From positions 21,117 through 85,116 of the forward strand of contig JAUCBJ010005854.1 in NCBI GenBank assembly GCA_032718475.1: a DNA stretch of 64,000 nucleotides, read 5' to 3'. Below, piece after piece: positions 1 through 12,100 of the stretch (positions within the stretch are counted from its first letter, which is position 1; each line of letters starts with the position of its first letter). The notes below the pieces were generated by a model. That model searched no databases. It had not been told where the DNA came from and worked only from the letters and a program-made list of their open reading frames with translations. The DNA comes from Nemertoderma westbladi (lineage: Eukaryota; Animalia; Xenacoelomorpha). The translations under genes were made by a program, and so were the position numbers.

Positions 1-57
1 TAGATGGCTTTATAGACGCCAAACTAACACGCCCAACTCACTGTATGAGATACCAAC

Positions 58-182
58 CTGCACTGAGAATATATCGACGTTGTTCACATCGGTGTCGAGG
101 TACCTCGATAACAGAAGCCGCAATCTGTCGTAGTAACTATCTCCTCCCATCCCGGTAGAGATAAAGTCCGCTGCGGTTACGC
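58..182 (-). CDS. cadherin NC-domain exon (GVTAADFI...NVDIFSVQ)
   Basis: ctag acceptor; donor cag|gttggt (an alternative gtgagt lies 16 nt downstream). Confidence 0.8.
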
Positions 183-3100
183 CTAGAAGACAAATAATGT
201 GTGTTCATTAGAAATCGAAACTATTTTCATATGCGTTAAATTTTGGAGATGTAAGGCTGATGATATATTATCAACCGAATACGACGATAATAAAAACTGT
301 TCCTCGAAATTAACTGATCGCCTCTCAGTTGCTCCTCAGTCTCAAACGGGCGGATATTCTATATGTTCAACACATCCCGAATTAAATTACAGTAAATGTG
401 ACATGGAAACAGAATGACTAACGGCATATTGAACCGAAACTAATAGAGTAAGTTCAACTCACCACTAAAGCGAATAGTTCCTGCGTTGTATACGGCGTCG
501 TCACCCAGTTCAACGACCCGCAGTACAACGGTAGAAGTGGCAGAACCAAATTGGGCGTCAGTTACGGAAACTCCGAATGTATAATCACCGGGAGGGACAC
601 TCCAATCCTTAATAACTATTTTACCTGGAAATATAAAGGGAAATATGGAGGTAAATAAGATAAATCCTGATTTAAACTAAAGCGATCTGGTCCTAAAAAT
701 ATGCATAAAATAAAAGTTGAAAACAAAACCTTATATTATTATAATTTTATCAGGAATAAGTTAAAGATGAAAAGGGGAAATTAGAAGGAGTCGTTCTTAT
801 TTACATTTACAAAGGAAACATCTAATAAGAATAGCGGTAAGAATGTTTAAGCAACAAACAAACCTGTAGTGAGAACCCTAAAGTATTTGGAAACGGTTTC
901 GTTGTTGGAAGTATCCATTTCATAGGTAAAGTCAGACAGTTTCGCGTCATCCAAATCCTCGACAAATACTCCGCCGATAGATGTTTGCGCTGAAACAAAT
1001 AATAAAATAATCGTATAACTGTATCGTTGGACCATTAAACGAAATGACGGTACACTGTTCTGTTACGGAGCCCCTAAGGGGACATCCCTATCTCAATATA
1101 TTGAGATAAACCGAATTTTGTTTTGTTGTGTTCTGCGATAAACTCACCTACTCCCGCATAACAGATGTCGCATGTTCGTCTACACGAACTTCTTCTGTTG
1201 TCATCGTTACCAGCACTACAGAATCCTCTCTGCTTCCAGTACGCGCATTTGGTATCCTTGTCAACGCAATCTAAACGAAAAATTAATAAATTAAAATTAA
1301 AATTAAAATTAAAATAATACAATAGTAAAAGATTGCTTTTACTAAAATACTAGAATAATGGATAAAAATAGATACAGCTTGATAATTTATAATTATATAC
1401 ACGTATTAGTAAATAAACTATAGAAAACTATAATAAGCACTGGTTCCTCATTATGGTAAAACAAGACAAACATTCTGTGTTCCGATAATCACAGCCGACA
1501 ACATTTGCATTAATTTATCTATTGAGGGAAAGGAACAGGTTACAGCAGTGGTAGACTATTCTAACCAAAATAATAAACGAGAGCACATGCTTCCGTCTCA
1601 ATTGTGTTGTCGTCGGTTATCGGCATAGCGTTTACATCCAGTTCACTTTCACCAGGACTATAATAATCGTACTGGAACCGTTGTACGGGTCAGAGTAAAA
1701 CGCGGATCCGGATCAGGATCCGGATTCTATCATTTAACATTGTCCCTATGGAAGTCGACTGAATTTACATTTTTAGGGTGTAATCTGCGGATCCGTGCAC
1801 TGCTAAATTTACCGAATCCGTAACCGAGTGTAAAATGCGGATTGGCCTTTTTTTCAGATCCGGAACGGAGTGTAAAGCGCGGATTCATGTTTTAGGCTAA
1901 ATCCTGAACGGAGTGTAAAACGCGGATTCATTTTTCTACTGAATCCGGGATTGGGTGTAAAATACGGATTCAGGTTTATTACAAAGTTTTATTAAATCCG
2001 GGAAGGGGTGTAAAATGCGGATTCAAGTTAATTACCATGTTTTATTGGATCCGGAATGGAGTGTAAAACGCGGATTCTATCTAGTTAATTACCAAGTTTT
2101 GTTGGATCCGGAATGGAGTGTAAAACACGGATTTACGTTAATTATCAAGTTTTATTGGATCCGGAATGGAGTGTAAAACATGGATTTACGTTAATTACCA
2201 AGTTTTATTGGATCCGGAATGGAGTGTAAAATACGGATTTACGTTAATTACCAAGTTTTATTGGATCCGGAATGGAGTGTAAAACACGGATTTACGTTAA
2301 TTATCAAGTTTTATTGGATCCGGAATGGAGTGTAAAACACGGATTTACGTTAATTACCAAGTTTTATTGGATCCGGAATGGAGTGTAAAACACGGATTTT
2401 CGTTAATTATCAAGTTTTATTGGATCCGGAATGGAGTGTAAAACACGGATTTACGTTAATTACCAAGTTTTATTGGATCCGGAATGGAGTGTAAAATACG
2501 GATTTACGTTAATTACCAAGTTTTATTGGATCCGGAATGGAGTGTAAAACACGGATTTACGTTAATTACCAAGTTTTATTGGATCCGGAATGGAGTGTAA
2601 AACACGGATTTACGTTAATTACCAAGTTTTATTGGATCTGGAATGGAGTGTAAAATACGGATTTACGTTAATTACCAAGTTTTATTGGATCCGGAATGGA
2701 GTGTAAAACACGGATTTTCGTTAATTACCAAGTTTAGTTGGATCCGGAATGGAGTGTAAAATACGGATTTACGTTAATTACCAAGTTTTATTGGATCCGG
2801 AATGGAGTGTAAAACACGGATTTACGTTAATTACCAAGTTTTATTGGATCCGGAATGGAGTGTAAAACACGGATTTACGTTAATTACCAAGTTTTATTGG
2901 ATCCGGAATGGAGTGTAAAACACGGATTTACGTTAATTATCAAGTTTTATTGGATCCGGAATGGAGTGTAAAACACGGATTTACGTTAATTACCAAGTTT
3001 TATTGGATCCGGAATGGAGTGTAAAACACGGATTTACGTTAATTACCAAGTTTTATTGGATCCGGAATGGAGTGTAAAACACGGATTTACGTTAATTACC

Positions 3101-6100
3101 AAGTTTTATTGGATCCGGAATGGAGTGTAAAACACGGATTTACGTTAATTATAAGTTTTATTGGATCCGGAATGGAGTGTAAAACACGGATTTACGTTAA
3201 TTATCAAGTTTTATTGGATCCGGAATGGAGTGTAAAACACGGATTTACGTTAATTACCAAGGTTTATTGGATCCGGAATGGAGTGTAAAATACGGATTTA
3301 CGTTAATTACCAAGTTTTATTGGATCCGGAATGGAGTGTAAAACACGGATTTAAGTTAATTATCAAGTTTTATTGGATCCGGAATGGAGTGTAAAACACG
3401 GATTTACGTTAATTACCAAGTTTTGTTGGATCCGGAATGGAGTGTAAAACACGGATTTACGTTAATTACCAAGTTTTATTGGATCCGGAATGGAGTGTAA
3501 AACACGGATTTACGTTAATTACGAAGTTTTATTGGATCCGGAACGGAGTGTAAAACACGGATTTATGTTAATTACCAAGTTTTATTGGATCCGGGAAGGG
3601 GTGTAAAACGCGGATTCAAGTTAATTAGTAAGTTTTAATGATCAATTTGTAAAACGCGGATTCAAGTTAATTAGTAAGTTTTAATGAACAATATTTAAAA
3701 CGCATATGCAATAAAGACCCAGACCCTCATCTAGTTGCAATTATTAATTAGTGCAATGTTTATTGTTCTTTAGTAACTTTTCTTGGCTTGCTGACTTTCC
3801 TGGTTTTTTTCTTCTCCGGACTCGGGGTGCACGATGTTTGCGTAGTAAGTTCAAGCGGCTCAACAATGGCTGTATCATTGGTTGGACTCGGAATAACGAA
3901 TCCCGTAAATGGAACCTTTACAAAGTCATCACTTTCATCCATGTTTAATAAGAAATTAAATAAGAAATTATACTGAACAGTTCAGCCTCCATAAATTACG
4001 AAGGCAGCACGCTTGCAAGGCCTTAAATAGAGTACGCTATGATGCAGTACAAACTACCGCCAGCTAGGCAGAACATTGATTCTTGTTTGTAAGGGAGGTT
4101 GGGATGGATAAGCCAATCAGGGAACAGGACAATAATCCTACCATACAATTGTCTACAGAGCCGCTCTACCAGAGAGGTCACGTTCCCACGGTAGTAGTTT
4201 TTCAGCTAATCAATATCTAATAATGTCTGACGGCCAAACATCACCATCGCCCTAATTAATAATTCATTGGGAAGCATTGACCCCTATTAAGGTGTCCCCC
4301 AGAGCCGGATTAAGCTTATGTGTGGCCCCTAGACATAGACAAATTATTAAGGTGTCTATTAACTATTAAGGTGTCCCCCATTAATGTTTGTGTCCCCCAT
4401 TAATGTTTGTGTCCCTCATTAATGTGTGTCCCTCATTAATAGTTGTGTCCCTCATTAACAAACTCAGTAATTAACGTAAATCCGCATTTTACACCCCTTC
4501 CCGGATCCAGTAACACTTTGTAATTAACCTGAATCAATCTGCGTTTTACACCCCTTCCCGGATCTAGTAACACTTGGTAAATAAATTGAATCCGCGTTTT
4601 ACACCCCTTCCCGGATCCATTAAAACTTGGTAATTAACGAAAATCCGTGTTTTACACTCCATTCCGGATCCAACAAAACTTGGTATTTAACGAAAATCCG
4701 TGTTTTACACTCCATTCCGGATCCAACAAAACTTGGTAATTAACGAAAATCCGTGTTTTACACTCCTTTCCGGATCCAACAAAACTTGGTAATTAACGAA
4801 AATCCGTGTTTTACACTCCATTCCGGATCCAACAAAACTTGGTAATTAACGAAAATCCGTGTTTTACACTCCTTTCCGGATCCAACAAAACTTGGTAATT
4901 AACGAAAATCCGCGTTTTACACTCCATTCCGGATCCAACAGAATTTGGTAATTAACGAAAATCCGTGTTTTACACTCCATTCCGGATCCAACAAAACTTG
5001 ATAATTAACGAAAATCCGTGTTTTACACTCCATTCCGGATCCAACAAAACTTGATAATTAACGAAAATCCGTGTTTTACACTCCTTTCCGGATCCAACAA
5101 AACTTGGTAATTAACGAAAATCCGTGTTTTACACTCCATTCCGGATCCAACAAAACTTGGTAATTAACGAAAATGCGTGTTTTACACTCCTTTCCGGATC
5201 CAACAAAACTTGGTAATTAACGAAAATCCGCGTTTTACACTCCATTCCGGATCCAACAGAATTTGGTAATTAACGAAAATCCGTGTTTTACACTCCATTC
5301 CGGATCCAACAAAACTTGAAAATTAACGAAAATCCGTGTTTTACACTCCTTTCCGGACCCAACAAAACTTGGTAATTAACGAAAATCCGCGTTTTACACT
5401 CCATTCCGGATCCAACAAAACTTGATAATTAACGAAAATCCGTGTTTTACACTCCTTTCCGGACCCAACAAAACTTGGTAATTAACGAAAATCCGCGTTT
5501 TACACTCCATTCCGGATCCAACAAAATTTGGTAATTAACGAAAATCCGTGTTTTACACTCCATTCCGGATCCAACAAAACTTGATAATTAACGAAAATCC
5601 GTGTTTTACACTCCATTCCGGATTCATTAAAATTTGGTAATTAACGTAAATCCGTATTTTACACTCCATTCCGGATTCACAAAATATATGAATCCGCGTT
5701 TTACACTGCAATACGGATTGCGTATTTCAGAATCCGCATATTACACTCAGTTACGGATTGTATGTAAATCCGGATCCGCCTTTTACACTCGCAAATCCGG
5801 GTCCTGATCCGTATCCGGATCCTGAATCCGGATCCGGATCCGCGTTTTACACCTACCCCCGTTGTACCCCGTAGGGTACTAAAGTACGATATAAATGTGT
5901 CTTGAGTAGATACAGCGCCTGATTGGTGGCGCAGGTTCAAATCCTGCTAAAGTCTACATAAATTCCACACATTTGAGTCCCTGGGCGAGAAGACACTTTA
6001 GCTTTATACAAAACTCCAGGTACAATAGGAACATATGGCACATCTAATTCTTTTAATGATTAACCACTGGTTTAATACTATCAAACTATGGGTTTTTTAT

Positions 6101-9100
6101 ACTATTAAACTATGGGTTTTTTTAATGATTAACCGCAGGTTTAATACTATTAAACTATGGGTTTTTAATGATTAACCACAGGTTTAACCGTTTAATACTA
6201 TTAAACTGTGGGTTTTTAATGATTAACCAAAGGTTTAATACTATTAAACTATGGGTTTTTTTATTGATTAACCACAGGTTTAATATTATAAACTATGGGT
6301 TTTTGTTCTATAACCAGAGGTTTAAAATAATTGAAGCTTCGGTAAATGACGATTATTTATCCAAATTTACCACCGGTTGTTGAACCGCCAGTTGAACTGA
6401 AAATTAAACCCCCAGTTTTCTTAGAAATAAAACTGCCGGTTTCGCAAAAAACCCCCGATGAATTTGGTTGCAGAGTTAACCGGGGTTTTTTTTGCGTAAA
6501 CCGGCAGTTTTTTTTAAAATAACCCGGGTTGTGTTTTTTCAGTGTACTGAGTCAGTAAAGTGTGTGCTGGGGCCCTGGATCTCTAAGTGCGCCCGTATTA
6601 CAAGTAGTCCAGTTCGCACTAACCTTTCCGGTATTTATATATGTTGATGACTTTACTTCCACTGTAATGCTTTTGGTCGTTGGTGTCCCCGACCTTTACT
6701 GTGAGTGTCGAGGTGCCTGTTAATGAAGGACTCCCTTTGTCGTTTATTCGGACGTCCAGTTTATAAGAATCCAACATTCTATCATCCACTGTCTCTTCTC
6801 GGTCCAACGAAGCTCGTGTGTTAAGGGTAGCCGTTCCATCTGGAAAAATAGAGTAGGACACTTTCTTTAACAACGGAGAAAAATAATAAGACGATCTCCA
6901 TCATGCCACAACCGGTTATGGGGTGTTTTTTCAGCAGAACACTGTGTAGCAAGGGATCATCGGAGAAGAATTATCATTATAGATTAAGTGGAGGGTCGTA
7001 ACATGCCACACAGAATCATAGAGTTGAAACAAACTAAAGTGGAAAAAGGTTTGACTCATTGTTGGAGGTTGGTATCTTTATAGACCCCAACTGTATACCG
7101 GTAGTATAGCTAACCTCTGTTATCTTTCAGCGAGAATTTATCCGTGTGTGTGAGCAGCGCGAATGGGAATGGACAAATGTAGCTGTTGGATGTAGAGGAA
7201 GCAGCGCCCCCAGCCGGCGTCTCGGAGCACCCGTTGGTTATCGGATGATCAAAATCCACGGCGCTAACCAGACTCGCTGAAAAATAATATTATTGGTGTT
7301 ATCGATATCCCAGGCGGTCGGCAGCTCCAAACCAAAACCCAGTAAGTACATTTTTTGACTTTTCGAGATAATCGCGTTTAAAGTTTTTGGACTTTAAACA
7401 GCTGGCATTTGGTTAAAACTTAATTTGATGAGTTATAATAATTTTGTGTACCTCTACAAATTGTACATATATATTAGTGCCAAAACTTTTCTTATAAATC
7501 GACTTACACGGTTTTGGTCTGGTAGAAAAGAAAACAATTGTGAATTTTGATGCATCAATACACAGTAACGTCATGATTCCCATTTCAAAACACAGTAACT
7601 AATTTGCCCACACCAAAACCCAGTAAACTAACATTTTAACTTTTCCAATCAGTTACCTTTCCCACACCAAAACCCAGTAAACTAACATTTTAACTTTTCC
7701 AATCAGTTACCTTTCCCACACCAAAACCCAGTAAACTAACATTTAACTTTTCCAATCAGTTACCTTTCCCATGCCAAAACCAAGTAACTGACAAGTCCCT
7801 TCGCCAAAACCCAGTAACTTTGACTTCCTTCGCCAACGGTTAGCGAAAACAAAGAGGCAACATTCTAGAATATAATATTCTAGAACATTTAATTATTTGT
7901 CATAGTATCTGCATTCGGGAAATCCCACGTCAAAACCCAGTATATCAAACTGCTAGAAACCCAGTAACTCTGTTTACTGGGTTTTGACGTGGTAAATCTG
8001 ACATTGACAATATACATACTGGGTTTTAACTTGGACAATTTGTCTTTCGGAAACGATACTCGATTTTGTTCAGAAAATACCAGGTGAAAACACAGTAAAG
8101 AATTTTGCTCGAAACCCAGTAAAGTGCAGTTACTGGGTTTTGGCGTAGGATTTTGGGATTTTTGAACATAAACTGGGTTTTGATGGAGTAACTTTTTCAA
8201 AATAACACCAGAAAGGATAAACGAAACCCAGTAACTAGCATTACTGTGTTTCGACGTGGTATTTGGCTATTTGCTCTAAATTAGCTAATTAGTTAATTAA
8301 TTAATTGTTAATACTGCGAAATCGGTTAGTGCTATGGTTTCGAAACTGAGTCAGATGAATTCTACGCCCCCAAAAACCCCAAAAATCGAAACACACTGGG
8401 TTTTGGTGTGGAGCTGCCGCGGTGCTGAATGCTCCATTTAAACTTACTTGGGCTCCCAGACGGTGCTATATGCTCCATTTAAACTTACTTTGGCTCCCAG
8501 AAGGTGCTGTATGCTCCATTTAAACTTACTTTGGCTCCCAGAAGGTGCTGTATGCTCCATTTAAACTTACTTTGGCTCCCAGACGGCGCTGCATGTTCCA
8601 TTTAAACTTACTTGGGCTCCCAGACGGCGCTGTATGTTCCAAAAATTCGAAGTTATAAAACTGATCAAAAGTCGGATAGTTGTCATTAATATCATCTATG
8701 ATCACCTTGAACGAAGATTTTCCAAATTGCGTTGGATTTCCTGAAACATTTACAAAGAGAAATGGAGTCAGTTCAACCAACCAATAAATCAGGTATGTGT
8801 GCAGGGTGCAAACCATACCATGGCCGCCCGAACGAGTGAGTCAGAAGCATATATTATTGTCCTTCGACATACATTATACGACGTCCATTTGGGATCATCA
8901 TTGCCGACTTTGCAAAGCTGTGCCCAACAAAAGTTATAATAATATGAAACCACTCACCCAAAACACCAATAATAAATTATACCTTTTGACACACCAAAAA
9001 AATTGAAAACGGTCCTGTAGTATAATTATCTCCATAATGACATGCTTCCGGAAAATAAGATTATCTCAAATTAATCCCTCTTTCCCTTTCCCGCTAATTA

Positions 9101-12100
9101 AAAATCACGTTAAGATTTGATGTCGCCCTACAATAAGTTGTTGCGTCTCCAACTACAATAATTCCAACATAATACCAACACGGAGAAAGGAAGTCAGGAA
9201 GATACCGGAAATTCGATGTAAAACAAGTTGCGGACAACAAATAGCTAAGCTAGACGAGGTTATCGGAGCCAATAAACTCACCGGTGTCTATGGCGAGTAT
9301 AACAAGCTCCTGAGTCCGCGTTGTGTTCCTATAATCCTCCTGGCCCGCGGGTAACATCTCCCTGTCTAATCGTTTACGCGTCCGAACTATACCCTTCCAA
9401 GGGGACGAGGGACTCGGGACCACCTCGTACATATTCTGTACGTCCGAGTCGTATGCAATCCTAAAACTGAGATCAAAAAAGATTTAAAATTAATGAACGC
9501 AGCCTCTTATAATAGGGAAGGGGATAGCTTGTTTTTGAAAATATAAATTTGAGGCAGTTTTTCCCTCAATGAGGTCATTTTATATGAAATTTCCCAAGGC
9601 CGAAATTAATCTAACACTTAGGAGCCTATAATTAATTAACTAATTAATACAATATTAATTAATATAACCAATTAATTATTAATTAAATTAATACTTACTT
9701 AATCCTTTGTTGCCCCCCTTCGTCTATATCGCGAGCTTCTACCTCCCCTAGAACTGTACCCGGTGCTACATTCTCAAATACTACCTGAAATACAAAAAAA
9801 TTAAATAACTTATCAATTTCGCAGTTCTTTTTAACCCTTAAACTGCGGTGACAATTTTTCTAAAACGCCATCTCCACTTGGTGAAAACTCAAATATGAGT
9901 TTTGCGATTGTTAGTTCTACTTGGTGGGAATTATTGATGAAATCTATTCTGACTTGGTGAAAACTCATATGAGTTACAGTTAAACCGGTCTGACTTAGTT
10001 CCAACTCACACATGAGTTTCGGCTATACTATTGTTTATCAGCTGTCAGAAAGGAAGCATTGACTTATATGTCGACGACAATTAATAGGCCCATTGTATTG
10101 GGCAGTTGATAAGCTTTATAACAGTAGTTGAATCGGCACCAGACGATTACTGCATGCTAAATAAACTACGCGGTAGTATGTATTCCAAACTGATATAATT
10201 CCGCATTCAATTCATAACTTTACATAACAATTTTTAAACTTTATCAAGTAGAAGAAAAACTCTCACCAAGGAGGAATAACAGAAAAATATAACCTCTACC
10301 AAGTCAGGACGATTGCTGCTCATAAACTCAGTTATGAGTTTTCACCAAGTCAAACGCTTCTTCTTAAAAAAGACCCACCAAGTGGCAATAGTCTTGCGAG
10401 AACTCATATTTGAGTTTTCATCAAGTAAGACACATCCATTAAAAAAATCCACACCCAGTGGAATTGGAACTGCCAAAACTCATATGAGTTTTCACCAGTT
10501 TAAGGGTTAATGATCATCGGCACTTCAGACTAGTGTTACAACGGGATCGGGATCCACAATTTTCGGGCTTCGGTATCAGGATTGCAACTGTCGGGATCCC
10601 GATTTTCGGGATCGTGATAAATTTTATTGCGGCCATACTCATCCAAAACTTTAAGTAGCTCTCTGCCCTGCCCTCTTTGTAGGAGTAATATATATCTTTC
10701 GAGAATTCTCATGTACTAAAAAATTGTCCACGTCTTTTTTTCAAATTGTTCACAGACGTAGTTTATTTCCCACGTACGTATCATTTTCCCTTAAGTTTTT
10801 AATATAATTTCTGCAACATTTTTAATACTACTGCAGTCTGACTGAATCGCTGCAACAATTCTATAATATAATCGGCCTGCTGCATTGAAGCGGCTACATT
10901 GAGATGCTGTGCTGGGTCAGAGTAAAACGCGGATCCGGATCAGGATCCGGATTCTATCATTTAACATTGTCCCTATGGAATCAAATCCGTAACCGAGTGT
11001 AAAACGCGGATTGACCTTTTTTCAGATCCTGAACGGAGTGTAAAACGCGGATTAACCTTTTTTTCAGATCCTGAACGGGTCTAAAACGCGGACTCATATT
11101 TCTAATGAATCCGGGATTGGGTGTAAAATACGGATTCAGGTTAATTACAAAGTGTTAATGGATCCGGGAAGGGGTGTAAAACGGGGATTCAAGTTAATTT
11201 GCCAAGTTTTATCTAATACCTTGACAGACAGAACACTGGACAGACAGAAAAACAGATAGACAGACATAGTATTAGTTTTTGTTAAAAGTAAAAACTGACG
11301 GGGGAAATGAAATCACTAACCAGGATAACCGCGCCATATCAAAACTTTTAGCTTGGTTGAATTCTTTCCTTATATTTTGACAGACGGGCATACTGATAAA
11401 CCGACAGACAGACGTAATAGACTTCGCTAAATATGAAACTGCCATCGGAAATAAAATCGGCGACCAGGAAAACTACAACAAAAGGTATTAGCTTCGTCGT
11501 ATGATGTGACTGCGGTGAAGATGGAGTGGTTGAAATAACTGGAAGGTGAAGTTGTTGTTGGAACTGGGGTTGGTATGGTCGTGGATGTGGGATGGTATGT
11601 ATGGGCGACGAACCAAATGGAGCAGATATTCCACCGGACCTTGAAGATTTAGATATTCTGAACATAAATATACTATAGGTCCAGCTATTAGACGAGATGT
11701 TGCTGAAATGGATGTTACTTCAATCCCAGAAGTTGATACTAGTAATTCTAGAAAGAGACGTGCCGATTCCGCGGTCAGCTCCTGCAGTCGTAACAGTAGT
11801 ATTGATGATCCTGACTTTACCGATTGGTCGGCATCTGAAGATTCCGACAATGAACATGCAAGCAAATCTACTAAAAAAAAGCGATGCCGTTCCTATATGA
11901 GTGCTGATAACCTCCACAGGCACGTTACCAAGGAGCTGTCAGAGATGAAGAGCGTTTATGATTTTCAAGATTTCAAATGCTGTATCAGGAAAGCTGCTAA
12001 TTAGAAATCGGAAATAAAGACAATGTCACGTGATGACTTTCCAGATTGGAAAGATGAAACGTCGAAGGCGAAGCTTAAATCAAGTCGATTTCCCTTACTT

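Larger units (their letters stand above)
1687..5858. mobile_element. Foldback-type (Mutator/FB-like) non-autonomous DNA transposon
   Basis: GGGT...ACCC termini with inverted ends; 9-bp TSD CCGTTGTAC at 1678-1686 and 5859-5867; arms of 53-bp tandem units in opposite orientation. Confidence 0.85.
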
